Positions 46,855 to 55,088 of a DNA stretch of 61,619 bases are shown piece after piece. Positions within the stretch are counted from its first letter, which is position 1. The number at the start of each line of letters is the position of its first letter. This DNA is from an uncultured Pseudobdellovibrionaceae bacterium (GTDB lineage: Bacteria > Bdellovibrionota > Bdellovibrionia > Bdellovibrionales > Bdellovibrionaceae): positions 1-61,619 of the forward strand of contig CAZPBD010000002.1 of assembly GCA_964584655.1 (NCBI GenBank), written 5' to 3'. The notes under the pieces are model-generated. The model ran no database searches, had not been told where the DNA came from, and was given only the letters and a program-made list of their open reading frames with translations. The position numbers and the translations under genes are program-made.

Positions 46855-47882
46855 TCCATCTCCTTAGGATAAATTCTTTCAGCAATTTTAATTATCAATT
46901 CTTTTAGATTCTTACCAGTGACTGCAGAGATCACAGTGGGTTTTTGCCCAGTTTCCTTCTCAAACTTTTTTGTCAGTCTGATCATTTCCTCTTCAGGCAT
47001 TGTATCTGACTTATTCAGCACGAGAATTTGAGGTCTTGTGGCCAAAGCAAAGAAACCTTCTTTGTCTTTGTTGGTTTCGTCATACATTCTTAATTCATCA
47101 TTGATTTCACGGTAGTCATCCATGGGATCACGGCCTGACTGACCTGAGATATCAACCACGTGAACAAACACACGGGTTCTTTCGATGTGTTTTAAAAATT
47201 GAATACCTAAACCAACACCAAGATGTGCGCCTTTGACGAGCCCTGGAATATCAGCAACCACAAATGATTTTTCATCAGTGAACTTCACCACGCCTAGGTG
47301 TGGCGTCAAAGTCGTAAATGGATAATCTGCAATTTTTGGCTTAGCTGCAGAAATTCGAGAGATCAGAGTTGATTTTCCTGCATTGGGAAATCCAATAATA
47401 CCAACGTCAGCTATCAGTTTTAATTCTAAGGTAATTTCTAAAGTTTCACCTGGCTCGCCTGGTTGAGCATGTTCGGGAGCTTGATTTACGCTGGTTCGGA
47501 AAAAGTGATTTCCTTTTCCGCCACGGCCGCCTCTGGCCAAAATGTAGGTGTGAACATGAGTAAGATCGACAATCGTTTGACCGTTTTGATCACGAACAAG
47601 AGTTCCTTCAGGTACATGAAGAATTAAATCTTCACCGTGGGCACCGGCACAATTCGATGCAGCCCCGGGCACTCCATTTTTTGCATTATATTTTTTGTTT
47701 GTTTTGAAATCTACAAGTGAGTTCAGGTGATGAGAAGTCTTGAGGATAACGTCACCACCGCGCCCGCCGTCACCACCGTCAGGTCCGCCTCTGGGTTCCA
47801 TGGCTTCACGTCTAAAGCTGACGCTGCCTGGGCCACCGTGGCCAGAGGAAACTACTATCTTGATTTCATCTATAAACTTCAT
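46851..47882 (-). CDS. obgE: GTPase Obg/CgtA
   Basis: MKFIDE start, a Gly-rich Obg fold (GGDGGRGGDV), G1 GFPNAGKST and G4 NKSD. Confidence 0.95.
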   Translation of the reverse strand: MKFIDEIKIVVSSGHGGPGSVSFRREAMEPRGGPDGGDGGRGGDVILKTSHHLNSLVDFKTNKKYNAKNGVPGAASNCAGAHGEDLILHVPEGTLVRDQNGQTIVDLTHVHTYILARGGRGGKGNHFFRTSVNQAPEHAQPGEPGETLEITLELKLIADVGIIGFPNAGKSTLISRISAAKPKIADYPFTTLTPHLGVVKFTDEKSFVVADIPGLVKGAHLGVGLGIQFLKHIERTRVFVHVVDISGQSGRDPMDDYREINDELRMYDETNKDKEGFFALATRPQILVLNKSDTMPEEEMIRLTKKFEKETGQKPTVISAVTGKNLKELIIKIAERIYPKEME

Positions 47883-47929
47883 TTTGTGTCTCGATACCTA
47901 ACTGTCTTTTAAAAAAAGTCAGTCACTTT

Positions 47930-47961
47930 AAAAAAAAGAGGGAACCTGAATGGTTCCCTCT
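47930..47961 (-). terminator. rho-independent terminator/attenuator after rpmA
   Basis: On the minus strand, AGAGGGAACC-ATTCA-GGTTCCCTCT is followed by T8. It lies between the rpmA stop and the obg start. Confidence 0.7.
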
Positions 47962-47987
47962 TAGAATACATTTCTTAAGTTACTTGT

Positions 47988-48248
47988 TTACGCTGTTTTT
48001 GGGTAAACGCTGATCTTAAATTTCTCTTTGGAAAAACGTTCAAATTTTACAACGCCTTCAACCACAGAATAAATTGTATGATCTTTGCCCATTTTCACAT
48101 TGTTACCAACGTGGAACTGAGTTCCGCGCTGACGAACGATGATTGTTCCAGACAAAACAGACTCACCGCCAAAGCGTTTTACACCTAAGCGTTTACTTTG
48201 TGAATCGCGACCGTTCTTTGTACTACCACCGGCTTTTTTACTTGCCAT
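47988..48248 (-). CDS. rpmA: 50S ribosomal protein L27
   Basis: [24 protein letters not shown]... is canonical L27. 86 aa. Confidence 0.96.
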   Translation of the reverse strand: MASKKAGGSTKNGRDSQSKRLGVKRFGGESVLSGTIIVRQRGTQFHVGNNVKMGKDHTIYSVVEGVVKFERFSKEKFKISVYPKTA

Positions 48249-48261
48249 ACATCACCTCAGT

Positions 48262-48822
48262 TTACTTTTTAGCCTTTTTAGCTGCTGTTTTCTTTTTTGC
48301 TGCGGGTTTTTTAGCTGCTGCTTTTTTAGGAGCCGCCGCTTTTTTTACCGTTTTCTTTGCTGCTGCTTTTTTAACAGGCTCAGATTTTTCAGCTTTTGAT
48401 TTATTTTGTACTCGTTCTTTACGTGCATCAACTAAGCCTTGAAGTTTTTGATCACGAGCTTCGGCTGCGTCTATAACAACTGGTTTTTCATCAGAATTTG
48501 TCACTTTACCATCTGGAGAAGTGATTGATTTAATGAAGAGCTCTGTGAAGAGTTGGCGATGGGTCGCAAACTTTCTGTAAGAGTGTCTTCGCTTCTTTTT
48601 GAAAACCAAGATTTTGCGAGTTCGTGATTGCTTTGTGATAACTGCAGTCACTTTTGCGTTTTTAACAAGTGGTTGACCTGTGTGAACAACATCACCGCTA
48701 ATCAATAAGACTTCGTTAATATCAAATTCAGAACCGAGTTCTTTATCAAGTTTTTCAACTTGCAAAACATCACCGGGCTTGACAGTGTATTGCTTACCAC
48801 CGGTGCGAATAATTGCGTACAT
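48262..48822 (-). CDS. rplU: 50S ribosomal protein L21 with histone-H1-like Lys/Ala C-terminal tail
   Basis: MYAIIRTGGKQY... is canonical L21 (about 103 aa). It is followed by about 83 extra residues ending KKAAAKKTVKKAAAPKKAAAKKPAAKKKTAAKKAKK. Confidence 0.93.
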   Translation of the reverse strand: MYAIIRTGGKQYTVKPGDVLQVEKLDKELGSEFDINEVLLISGDVVHTGQPLVKNAKVTAVITKQSRTRKILVFKKKRRHSYRKFATHRQLFTELFIKSITSPDGKVTNSDEKPVVIDAAEARDQKLQGLVDARKERVQNKSKAEKSEPVKKAAAKKTVKKAAAPKKAAAKKPAAKKKTAAKKAKK

Positions 48823-48985
48823 GAGTACCTCCGTTAGGACACAAGATCACGTTTCTGCCACTCCGCATGAGGGTTTGTCAACTTGTAAGGTAAATTATTT
48901 GCCTTTGAATGCTGCAAATATCGGAAAACTCTAACTTCATCCATCAACTATTAAAAGCTAATAAAAATTAGATACTTACGCGTCT

Positions 48986-50518
48986 TTAGATGAAAAACAC
49001 TTCGTACTGCTCTAGGTGATAGGAAGGCTCAATTTTAAAGGCGATGGACCGACCAATTTTCTTTTCGATATGGTCCAGGGTTTCGGCTTCGACCTCGTAG
49101 ATGTGATCAACGACTTCGCTGTGACAATGAATCACAATTGATTGGTTTTTCTTATCCAATGTGTGAGCTTCACGCTCAACTTCGCGGAAAATTTCACTGG
49201 CAACAGTGGTTTTTTTCTTAATGTAGCCTTTGCCTTCGCAGTACTCGCAAGGCTCGCAAAGACTTTTAATCAGACTAGGACGAATGCGCTTACGGGTCAT
49301 TTCAACGAGGCCCAACTGAGACATTGAAATCACGTGGGTTCTTGCGCGATCTTTAGAAACTTCTTCTTTCAGAACGTCGATGACTTTTTCCCTATGGGTT
49401 TCTTTTTCCATATCAATAAAGTCGACGATGATAATGCCGCCACAATTTCTAATTTTTAGTTGGTGGGCAATTTCACGGATGGCTTCTAAGTTGGTTTTTA
49501 AGATGGTGTCTTCAAGATCTTTTTTACCAACGAAACGTCCCGTATTCACATCGATGACAACCAAGGCTTCGGCTTCGTCGATGACAATGTAGCCACCGGA
49601 TTTGAGCCAAATCTTTCGATCCATGGAGCGAGAGATTTCCATGTCGATGTCGTACATATCAAACAAGGGTTTTTGCTGATCGTAGAAATTAATGTTGTGC
49701 TTAAATTTGGGCATCAACTGAGAAACAAATTTTGTGATCTTTTTGTGAACTTCCTCATCATCAACGAAGACAGCAGAGACTTCTTCGCTCATGAGGTCAC
49801 GCAAAGCTCTGAGTTCAACATCCAATTCTTGATGAATGATGCCGGGAGATTTTCTTTTTTCGTAATTTTTAAAAATGTCTTTACCTAAACGATCGAGATA
49901 CTCGATGTCTGTTCGAAGTTGCTCTTCCGTTGCGCCCTCGCCGGCAGTTCGAACAATAACGCCGCCCTGGGGATTGCTTTTTTGAACGAGTTCTTTGAGC
50001 CTGTCACGTTCGGCTTCGCTTTCGATTCTTCGGCTAATGCCAAGATGTCTAACAGTTGGAAGGTAAACAATAAATCGGCCTGGTAAAGAGACGTGAGTTG
50101 TAATTCGCGCACCTTTTGTTCCCAGCGGATCTTTGGCCACTTGAACTAAAATGGATTGGCCTTCTTTGAGTAAATCTTGAATCGGAGTTTTGCTAGCAGA
50201 GATCCTTTCATCAACACGATCATCGTCTTCACTTGTTGATAAGGGTTCATCACGGTCTAAATCTGAAAAAGGATAGGCATCAGAATCCACATCCGCGCGA
50301 ATATCACCAACATAAAGAAAGGCAGCGCGATCAAGTCCGATGTCCACAAAGGCGGCCTGCATACCGGGAAGAACACGAATCACTGTTCCGCGGTGGACGC
50401 TACCGACCAAGGTCGGGGATGTTTTACGCTCAATTTTTAAATCAACAAGAGTTCCACTTTCAACGTAGGCGACACGGGTCTCTTGGGGTTTCACATTTAT
50501 CAGGATTTCTGCTGCCAT
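48986..50518 (-). CDS. rng: Rne/Rng-family ribonuclease (RNase G-like)
   Basis: S1 domain followed by the RNase E/G catalytic core (VIDVNTG, IIIVDFIDM). 510 aa, without a long scaffold tail. Confidence 0.9.
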   Translation of the reverse strand: MAAEILINVKPQETRVAYVESGTLVDLKIERKTSPTLVGSVHRGTVIRVLPGMQAAFVDIGLDRAAFLYVGDIRADVDSDAYPFSDLDRDEPLSTSEDDDRVDERISASKTPIQDLLKEGQSILVQVAKDPLGTKGARITTHVSLPGRFIVYLPTVRHLGISRRIESEAERDRLKELVQKSNPQGGVIVRTAGEGATEEQLRTDIEYLDRLGKDIFKNYEKRKSPGIIHQELDVELRALRDLMSEEVSAVFVDDEEVHKKITKFVSQLMPKFKHNINFYDQQKPLFDMYDIDMEISRSMDRKIWLKSGGYIVIDEAEALVVIDVNTGRFVGKKDLEDTILKTNLEAIREIAHQLKIRNCGGIIIVDFIDMEKETHREKVIDVLKEEVSKDRARTHVISMSQLGLVEMTRKRIRPSLIKSLCEPCEYCEGKGYIKKKTTVASEIFREVEREAHTLDKKNQSIVIHCHSEVVDHIYEVEAETLDHIEKKIGRSIAFKIEPSYHLEQYEVFFI

Positions 50519-50596
50519 GAACCATCTTTAGTCCAGATCCCTTCTTGAAGGCAACTTCATTTAAATCTTTGCAGGAAAAATCCGATAAGTGAACCA

Positions 50597-51673
50597 ATGG
50601 CAACAATTGATGAACTGTTCAAATTGATGGTAGAGCAAAAGGCATCGGATCTTCACCTGACTTCGGGTGCACCGCCGTATTTGCGATTACATGGCAATAT
50701 GGTTTCACTTAATTATCGAGAATTAAGCAATCAAGATGTTCAGGGACTTATCTTTGAAATTCTGACTGAAAAACAAAAAAAACAGTTTGTGGAAAAATGG
50801 GAACTGGATTGCGCATACGCAGTTCCAGGTTTGGGTCGTTTTCGTGTGAATGTGTTCATGCAAAGAAAAGGCTTGGGCGGAGTATTTCGAGTCATCCCAG
50901 AGAAAATTTTAACTCCTCAAGAATTAAACTTACCGCAATCAATTATGGATCTGATCGATGCAGATCGTGGACTTGTACTTGTGACAGGACCCACGGGTTC
51001 TGGAAAATCGACAACTTTGGCAGCTCTTATTCATCATATCAATATGACACGTGAGGCTCATATTTTGACTGTTGAAGATCCGGTGGAATTCGTCCATCAA
51101 AATATTAAGTGTTTAGTAAATCAACGTGAGGTCGGAAGTCATACGAAGAATTTTGCGAATGCTTTAAAAGCGGCTCTTCGAGAAGATCCAGATATCATGC
51201 TTGTGGGTGAGCTTCGAGATTTAGAAACTATTTCTTTGGCTTTGACGGCTGCAGAAACTGGACATCTTGTTTTTGGAACTCTTCATACCAATGGAGCGGC
51301 CAAAACAATTGATCGTATTATCGACGTTTTTCCTTCTGGTCAGCAACAGCAAATTCGAACCATGCTTTCTGAAAGCTTGCGCGGCGTCGTTGCTCAAACT
51401 CTTTTTTCGAGAGCTGATGGTCAAGGGCGCGTGGCAGCCTACGAGATTTTGAAAAATACAAAAGCAGTTGCAAATATGATCCGTGAAAATAAGATTCATC
51501 AAGTGGCTTCGATCATGCAAACAGGTCAGAGCAGCGGTATGATGCTATTTGAAAAATGCATCGATGATCTGGTTAAAACTGGTAAGATATCTGCAAATGA
51601 TGCACGCACTTTCTTGGGTAAAGATACCGAGGTGACATCAGCTTCGAAGGGCGCTATGACTAAAGTAGGATGA
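50597..51673 (+). CDS. pilT: type IV pilus retraction ATPase PilT
   Basis: Walker A GPTGSGKST, Asp/His boxes and the PilT-type motif ANMIRENKIHQ. 358 aa. Confidence 0.93.
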   Translation: MATIDELFKLMVEQKASDLHLTSGAPPYLRLHGNMVSLNYRELSNQDVQGLIFEILTEKQKKQFVEKWELDCAYAVPGLGRFRVNVFMQRKGLGGVFRVIPEKILTPQELNLPQSIMDLIDADRGLVLVTGPTGSGKSTTLAALIHHINMTREAHILTVEDPVEFVHQNIKCLVNQREVGSHTKNFANALKAALREDPDIMLVGELRDLETISLALTAAETGHLVFGTLHTNGAAKTIDRIIDVFPSGQQQQIRTMLSESLRGVVAQTLFSRADGQGRVAAYEILKNTKAVANMIRENKIHQVASIMQTGQSSGMMLFEKCIDDLVKTGKISANDARTFLGKDTEVTSASKGAMTKVG

Positions 51674-52353
51674 AACCTACTTTTGCAACCCATGATTTAG
51701 CTAGCTATATTGATCACACCCTTTTGCGGGCAGAAGCAACAGCTTCTGATTTTCAAAAACTTTGCGCAGAAGCGATTCAAAATCATTTCTATGCTGTTTG
51801 CGTTCCGGGTCGATACGTCAAACTATCTAAAACCGCCTTGGCTAATTCTCAAGTCAAAATAGCATGTGTTGTGGGCTTTCCCCATGGTAATCAAAGTCCA
51901 AAATCAAAAGCGTTTGAAGCCTCTTTGGCCATCAGCGATGGCGCTGATGAAATTGATATGGTGATTTCACTTGGTGCCATCAAAGAAAAAAACTGGGAAT
52001 TTGTGACTGAAGATATTCAGTGTGTTGTGCAGGCCGTATCAGGCAAGCCTGTCAAAGTCATTTTAGAAACTCATCTTTTAAACCAAGAAGAAAAAACAAA
52101 GGCCATCGAGTGTTGCTTGAAAGCGAAAGCTCATTTTATTAAAACAAGCACAGGCTTTGGTGGCGGCGGTGCGACTTTAGAAGATGTAACTCTGATGAAG
52201 AAATTGGCAGGCTCTCAAGTAAAAATTAAAGCCAGCGGTGGAATTAAATCATTCGAGCAGGCCATTGCCTTTATCCAAGCGGGTGCGGATCGTCTTGGAA
52301 CAAGCTCGGGTGTCGCATTGGTGAATCATCAACCCAGCGCTGGTGGGTATTGA
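51670..52353 (+). CDS. deoC: deoxyribose-phosphate aldolase
   Basis: IDHTLL, EIDMV and the Schiff-base Lys in FIKTSTGF. Confidence 0.92.
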   Translation: MKPTFATHDLASYIDHTLLRAEATASDFQKLCAEAIQNHFYAVCVPGRYVKLSKTALANSQVKIACVVGFPHGNQSPKSKAFEASLAISDGADEIDMVISLGAIKEKNWEFVTEDIQCVVQAVSGKPVKVILETHLLNQEEKTKAIECCLKAKAHFIKTSTGFGGGGATLEDVTLMKKLAGSQVKIKASGGIKSFEQAIAFIQAGADRLGTSSGVALVNHQPSAGGY

Positions 52354-53669
52354 TGTTTTTACCTGCTGAAATAATTAAAAAGAAACGAAATGGATCTGTT
52401 CTTTCCAGTGAAGAGATCCAGCAGCTTATTCATAAGTACACTGTTGGTGAAATTCCAGACTATCAAATGTCTGCTTGGCTCATGGCTGTTTATTTTAAGG
52501 GCCTCAATAAAGAAGAAACCCATGCCCTCACTCAAGCGATGCTTCATTCTGGGCGCATCATGCAGTTTCCAAAGACTCCCGAATTTAAAGTGGATAAGCA
52601 CAGCACCGGTGGCATCGGCGATAAAACAAGTTTGATTCTTGGGCCCGTGGTCGCATCACTCGGCATACCAGTTCCAATGATATCTGGACGCGGATTGGGC
52701 CATACGGGCGGAACACTTGATAAGTTGGAAAGCATTCCCGGATTTAATACTCAATTGGATCTGATCGAATTCGAAAAAATGATTTTAGAAAATCACATCA
52801 GTTTCATTGGACAAACCTTAGACATTTGCCCCGCTGATAAGAAAATCTATGCGTTGAGGGATGTGACAGCCACCGTTGAAAGTCGTCCTTTGATTTGTGC
52901 AAGCATTATGTCAAAAAAACTAGCTGAGGGTGCTGATGGTTTAGTTTTAGATGTGAAGTGGGGCTCTGGAGCTTTTATGAAAAGCTTCGCAGACGCGGAA
53001 GCCTTGGCCTTGGATTTACAAGCGATTGCAAAAATGGCTGGCAAAAAATGCACCGCTTTAATCACTGACATGAATCAGCCCTTGGGTCGATATGCAGGGA
53101 ACTCTTTGGAAATCTTTGAGTGTGTTGAAATCATGCAGGGTAAAAAATCTTTAACCGCAGAGGGTGTTGATCTTTACCACGACACTCGTCATCTCAGCTT
53201 GGCGCTCTCTGCCCACATGGTTTTACTTGCTGGCGCTGCTGCTGATTATAAATCAGCATATCAATTGTGCGAAAATCAAATTCATAATGGGAAGGCTTTC
53301 GAAAAATTTGAAGAAATGGTGCATCGACAAGGTGGAAGACTTTCAGAGCTGCCTAAGGCTAAAAACTCGATCGTGATTCATGCTGAAAGCTCTGGATTTG
53401 TCTCCGAATATAATGCTGAGCTGATTGGACTTGCGGGCATTCAATTGCGTGCCGGGCGAATGAAAAAAGAAGATTCCATCGAGCCCACAGCTGGATTTGA
53501 ATTTCATAAAAAAATTGCGGACCCGATCCGAACTGGTGAGGCTTTGTTTACAATTTATGGTGACAATTCCTCGCTGTTTTCAGCAGCAGAAAAAATGTTA
53601 CGCTCAAGTGTTCAAATTTCCTTGCAAAAACCAAAGGCTCTGGATCTGATAGTTAAAACAATCGAGTGA
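52350..53669 (+). CDS. deoA: thymidine/pyrimidine-nucleoside phosphorylase
   Basis: DKHSTGGIGDKTS and SGRGLGHTGGTLDKLE motifs. 439 aa. Confidence 0.92.
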   Translation: MMFLPAEIIKKKRNGSVLSSEEIQQLIHKYTVGEIPDYQMSAWLMAVYFKGLNKEETHALTQAMLHSGRIMQFPKTPEFKVDKHSTGGIGDKTSLILGPVVASLGIPVPMISGRGLGHTGGTLDKLESIPGFNTQLDLIEFEKMILENHISFIGQTLDICPADKKIYALRDVTATVESRPLICASIMSKKLAEGADGLVLDVKWGSGAFMKSFADAEALALDLQAIAKMAGKKCTALITDMNQPLGRYAGNSLEIFECVEIMQGKKSLTAEGVDLYHDTRHLSLALSAHMVLLAGAAADYKSAYQLCENQIHNGKAFEKFEEMVHRQGGRLSELPKAKNSIVIHAESSGFVSEYNAELIGLAGIQLRAGRMKKEDSIEPTAGFEFHKKIADPIRTGEALFTIYGDNSSLFSAAEKMLRSSVQISLQKPKALDLIVKTIE

Positions 53670-53672
53670 TAA

Positions 53673-54491
53673 ATGCTTTTAGATAAATTAACGGAAACAG
53701 TCAGTTACATCAGATCCAGATCCCAAATAAAACCCAAAGTCGGTATTATATTAGGTTCTGGCTTGGGTGCCTTTGTTCAGCATATTAAAATTGATGCAAA
53801 GATTCCGTTTAACGAAATCCCTCATTTTGTGTCCACCTCTGTCGAGGGACATTCGGGAAATTTAATTTTAGGAACTCTTGATGATCATCCGATCGTGGCC
53901 TTGCAGGGACGCCTTCATTATTACGAGGGTCACTCCATGGATACCGTGGTGTATCCGACTCGAACCATGGCCCTTCTTGGAATCGAGAACCTCATTCTCA
54001 CAAACTCTGCTGGTGGTTTTGGCGATACCATGCAGGCCGGTGATTTTATGATCATCGAAGATCATATTAATTTGATGGGAATTAATCCTTTGATGGGACC
54101 CAATTTAAAACAATTAGGTCCTCGATTTCCAGATATGACAGAAGCCTACGATCGAAAATTTGTTGAGCTCATGGAGCAAACATTTAAAGAAATGAACAGT
54201 CGCTACCACAAAGGCATTTATTGTGGTGTCACGGGTCCCACTTACGAAACTCCTGCAGAAGTTAGGTATTTGAAATTAATTGGTGGCAAAGCCGTGGGCA
54301 TGAGTACTGTTCCAGAGGCCATTGCAGCCAATCACTTGGGACTACGAGTTGCTGCCCTTAGTTGTATCACAAATTTAGCTGCTGGAATTTCCAGAAACAA
54401 ACTGTCTCATGAGGAAGTCACTGACAATGCTAAAAAAGTGGAACAGCAGTTTGTTAATTTCTTGAAATCATTTTTGCAAAAAATTAATTAA
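53673..54491 (+). CDS. punA: purine nucleoside phosphorylase (trimeric PNP/PunA type)
   Basis: GRLHYYEGH, GPTYETPAE and GMSTVPE motifs. 272 aa. Confidence 0.9.
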   Translation: MLLDKLTETVSYIRSRSQIKPKVGIILGSGLGAFVQHIKIDAKIPFNEIPHFVSTSVEGHSGNLILGTLDDHPIVALQGRLHYYEGHSMDTVVYPTRTMALLGIENLILTNSAGGFGDTMQAGDFMIIEDHINLMGINPLMGPNLKQLGPRFPDMTEAYDRKFVELMEQTFKEMNSRYHKGIYCGVTGPTYETPAEVRYLKLIGGKAVGMSTVPEAIAANHLGLRVAALSCITNLAAGISRNKLSHEEVTDNAKKVEQQFVNFLKSFLQKIN

Positions 54492-54964
54492 GTTTGGCAC
54501 TGCCATCTTTGTTGAGGCTCTTGAGTTTCTAGATACCAAAAAAGAATCTTATTATTTTTAGACAAATAAAAAGTCATTATGTCATTTTCTTGATTCAAAC
54601 TATCGATTACAACTTTGTATCCTAGCATCTTACGAGCAGGGCTTTCCATTCTGTAAGTCGTAATCAAAAAAGGATTATCCTGACCATTTTCGATCAAAGA
54701 AATACCAGAGCGTTTGATATATCTTGAAACTAGATCCTGCTCTTTCGTCGTCAGCTGTAAAACATTATCAGTGGTCAAAGTTTGCTGGTAGCGCAAAGCG
54801 ACGGGTTTACCAGATCTGACTTTTAACAGCTGAACACGGCACTCATGGATTTCGCTATCTTGCCGCTTCGTTTGACCGACAGAGTGAAACGAAACCAAAT
54901 AGAACAGGATGGATCCTGTTGTAAGTGAAAATATGAGTCTTTTGACGAATGCCGATGTTTCCAT
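54488..54964 (-). CDS. hypothetical exported/anchored protein (158 aa)
   Basis: N-terminal hydrophobic segment LIFSLTTGSILFYLVSF. Lies 124 nt downstream of the deformylase-fusion gene on the same strand. Confidence 0.45.
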   Translation of the reverse strand: METSAFVKRLIFSLTTGSILFYLVSFHSVGQTKRQDSEIHECRVQLLKVRSGKPVALRYQQTLTTDNVLQLTTKEQDLVSRYIKRSGISLIENGQDNPFLITTYRMESPARKMLGYKVVIDSLNQENDIMTFYLSKNNKILFWYLETQEPQQRWQCQT

Positions 54965-55088
54965 GGTTCTCCCACTAGCAGGTATAGCAAGTTGGAATCC
55001 AAAATTGAGAGGGCTTATATTGAGGCTGAGCCAATGCTTGAGGAAAAAATTTCATGAGAGGACGCTGAATTGGCGCCTATGAGAGGTT

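Noticed and set aside
48139-48442. Two + strand ORFs (86 and 99 aa) rich in Phe, Leu, Cys and Ala.
   Set aside because: They are the antisense reading of the Lys/Ala repeat in the L21 tail. The low-complexity sequence keeps several frames open. They have no SD and no independent support.
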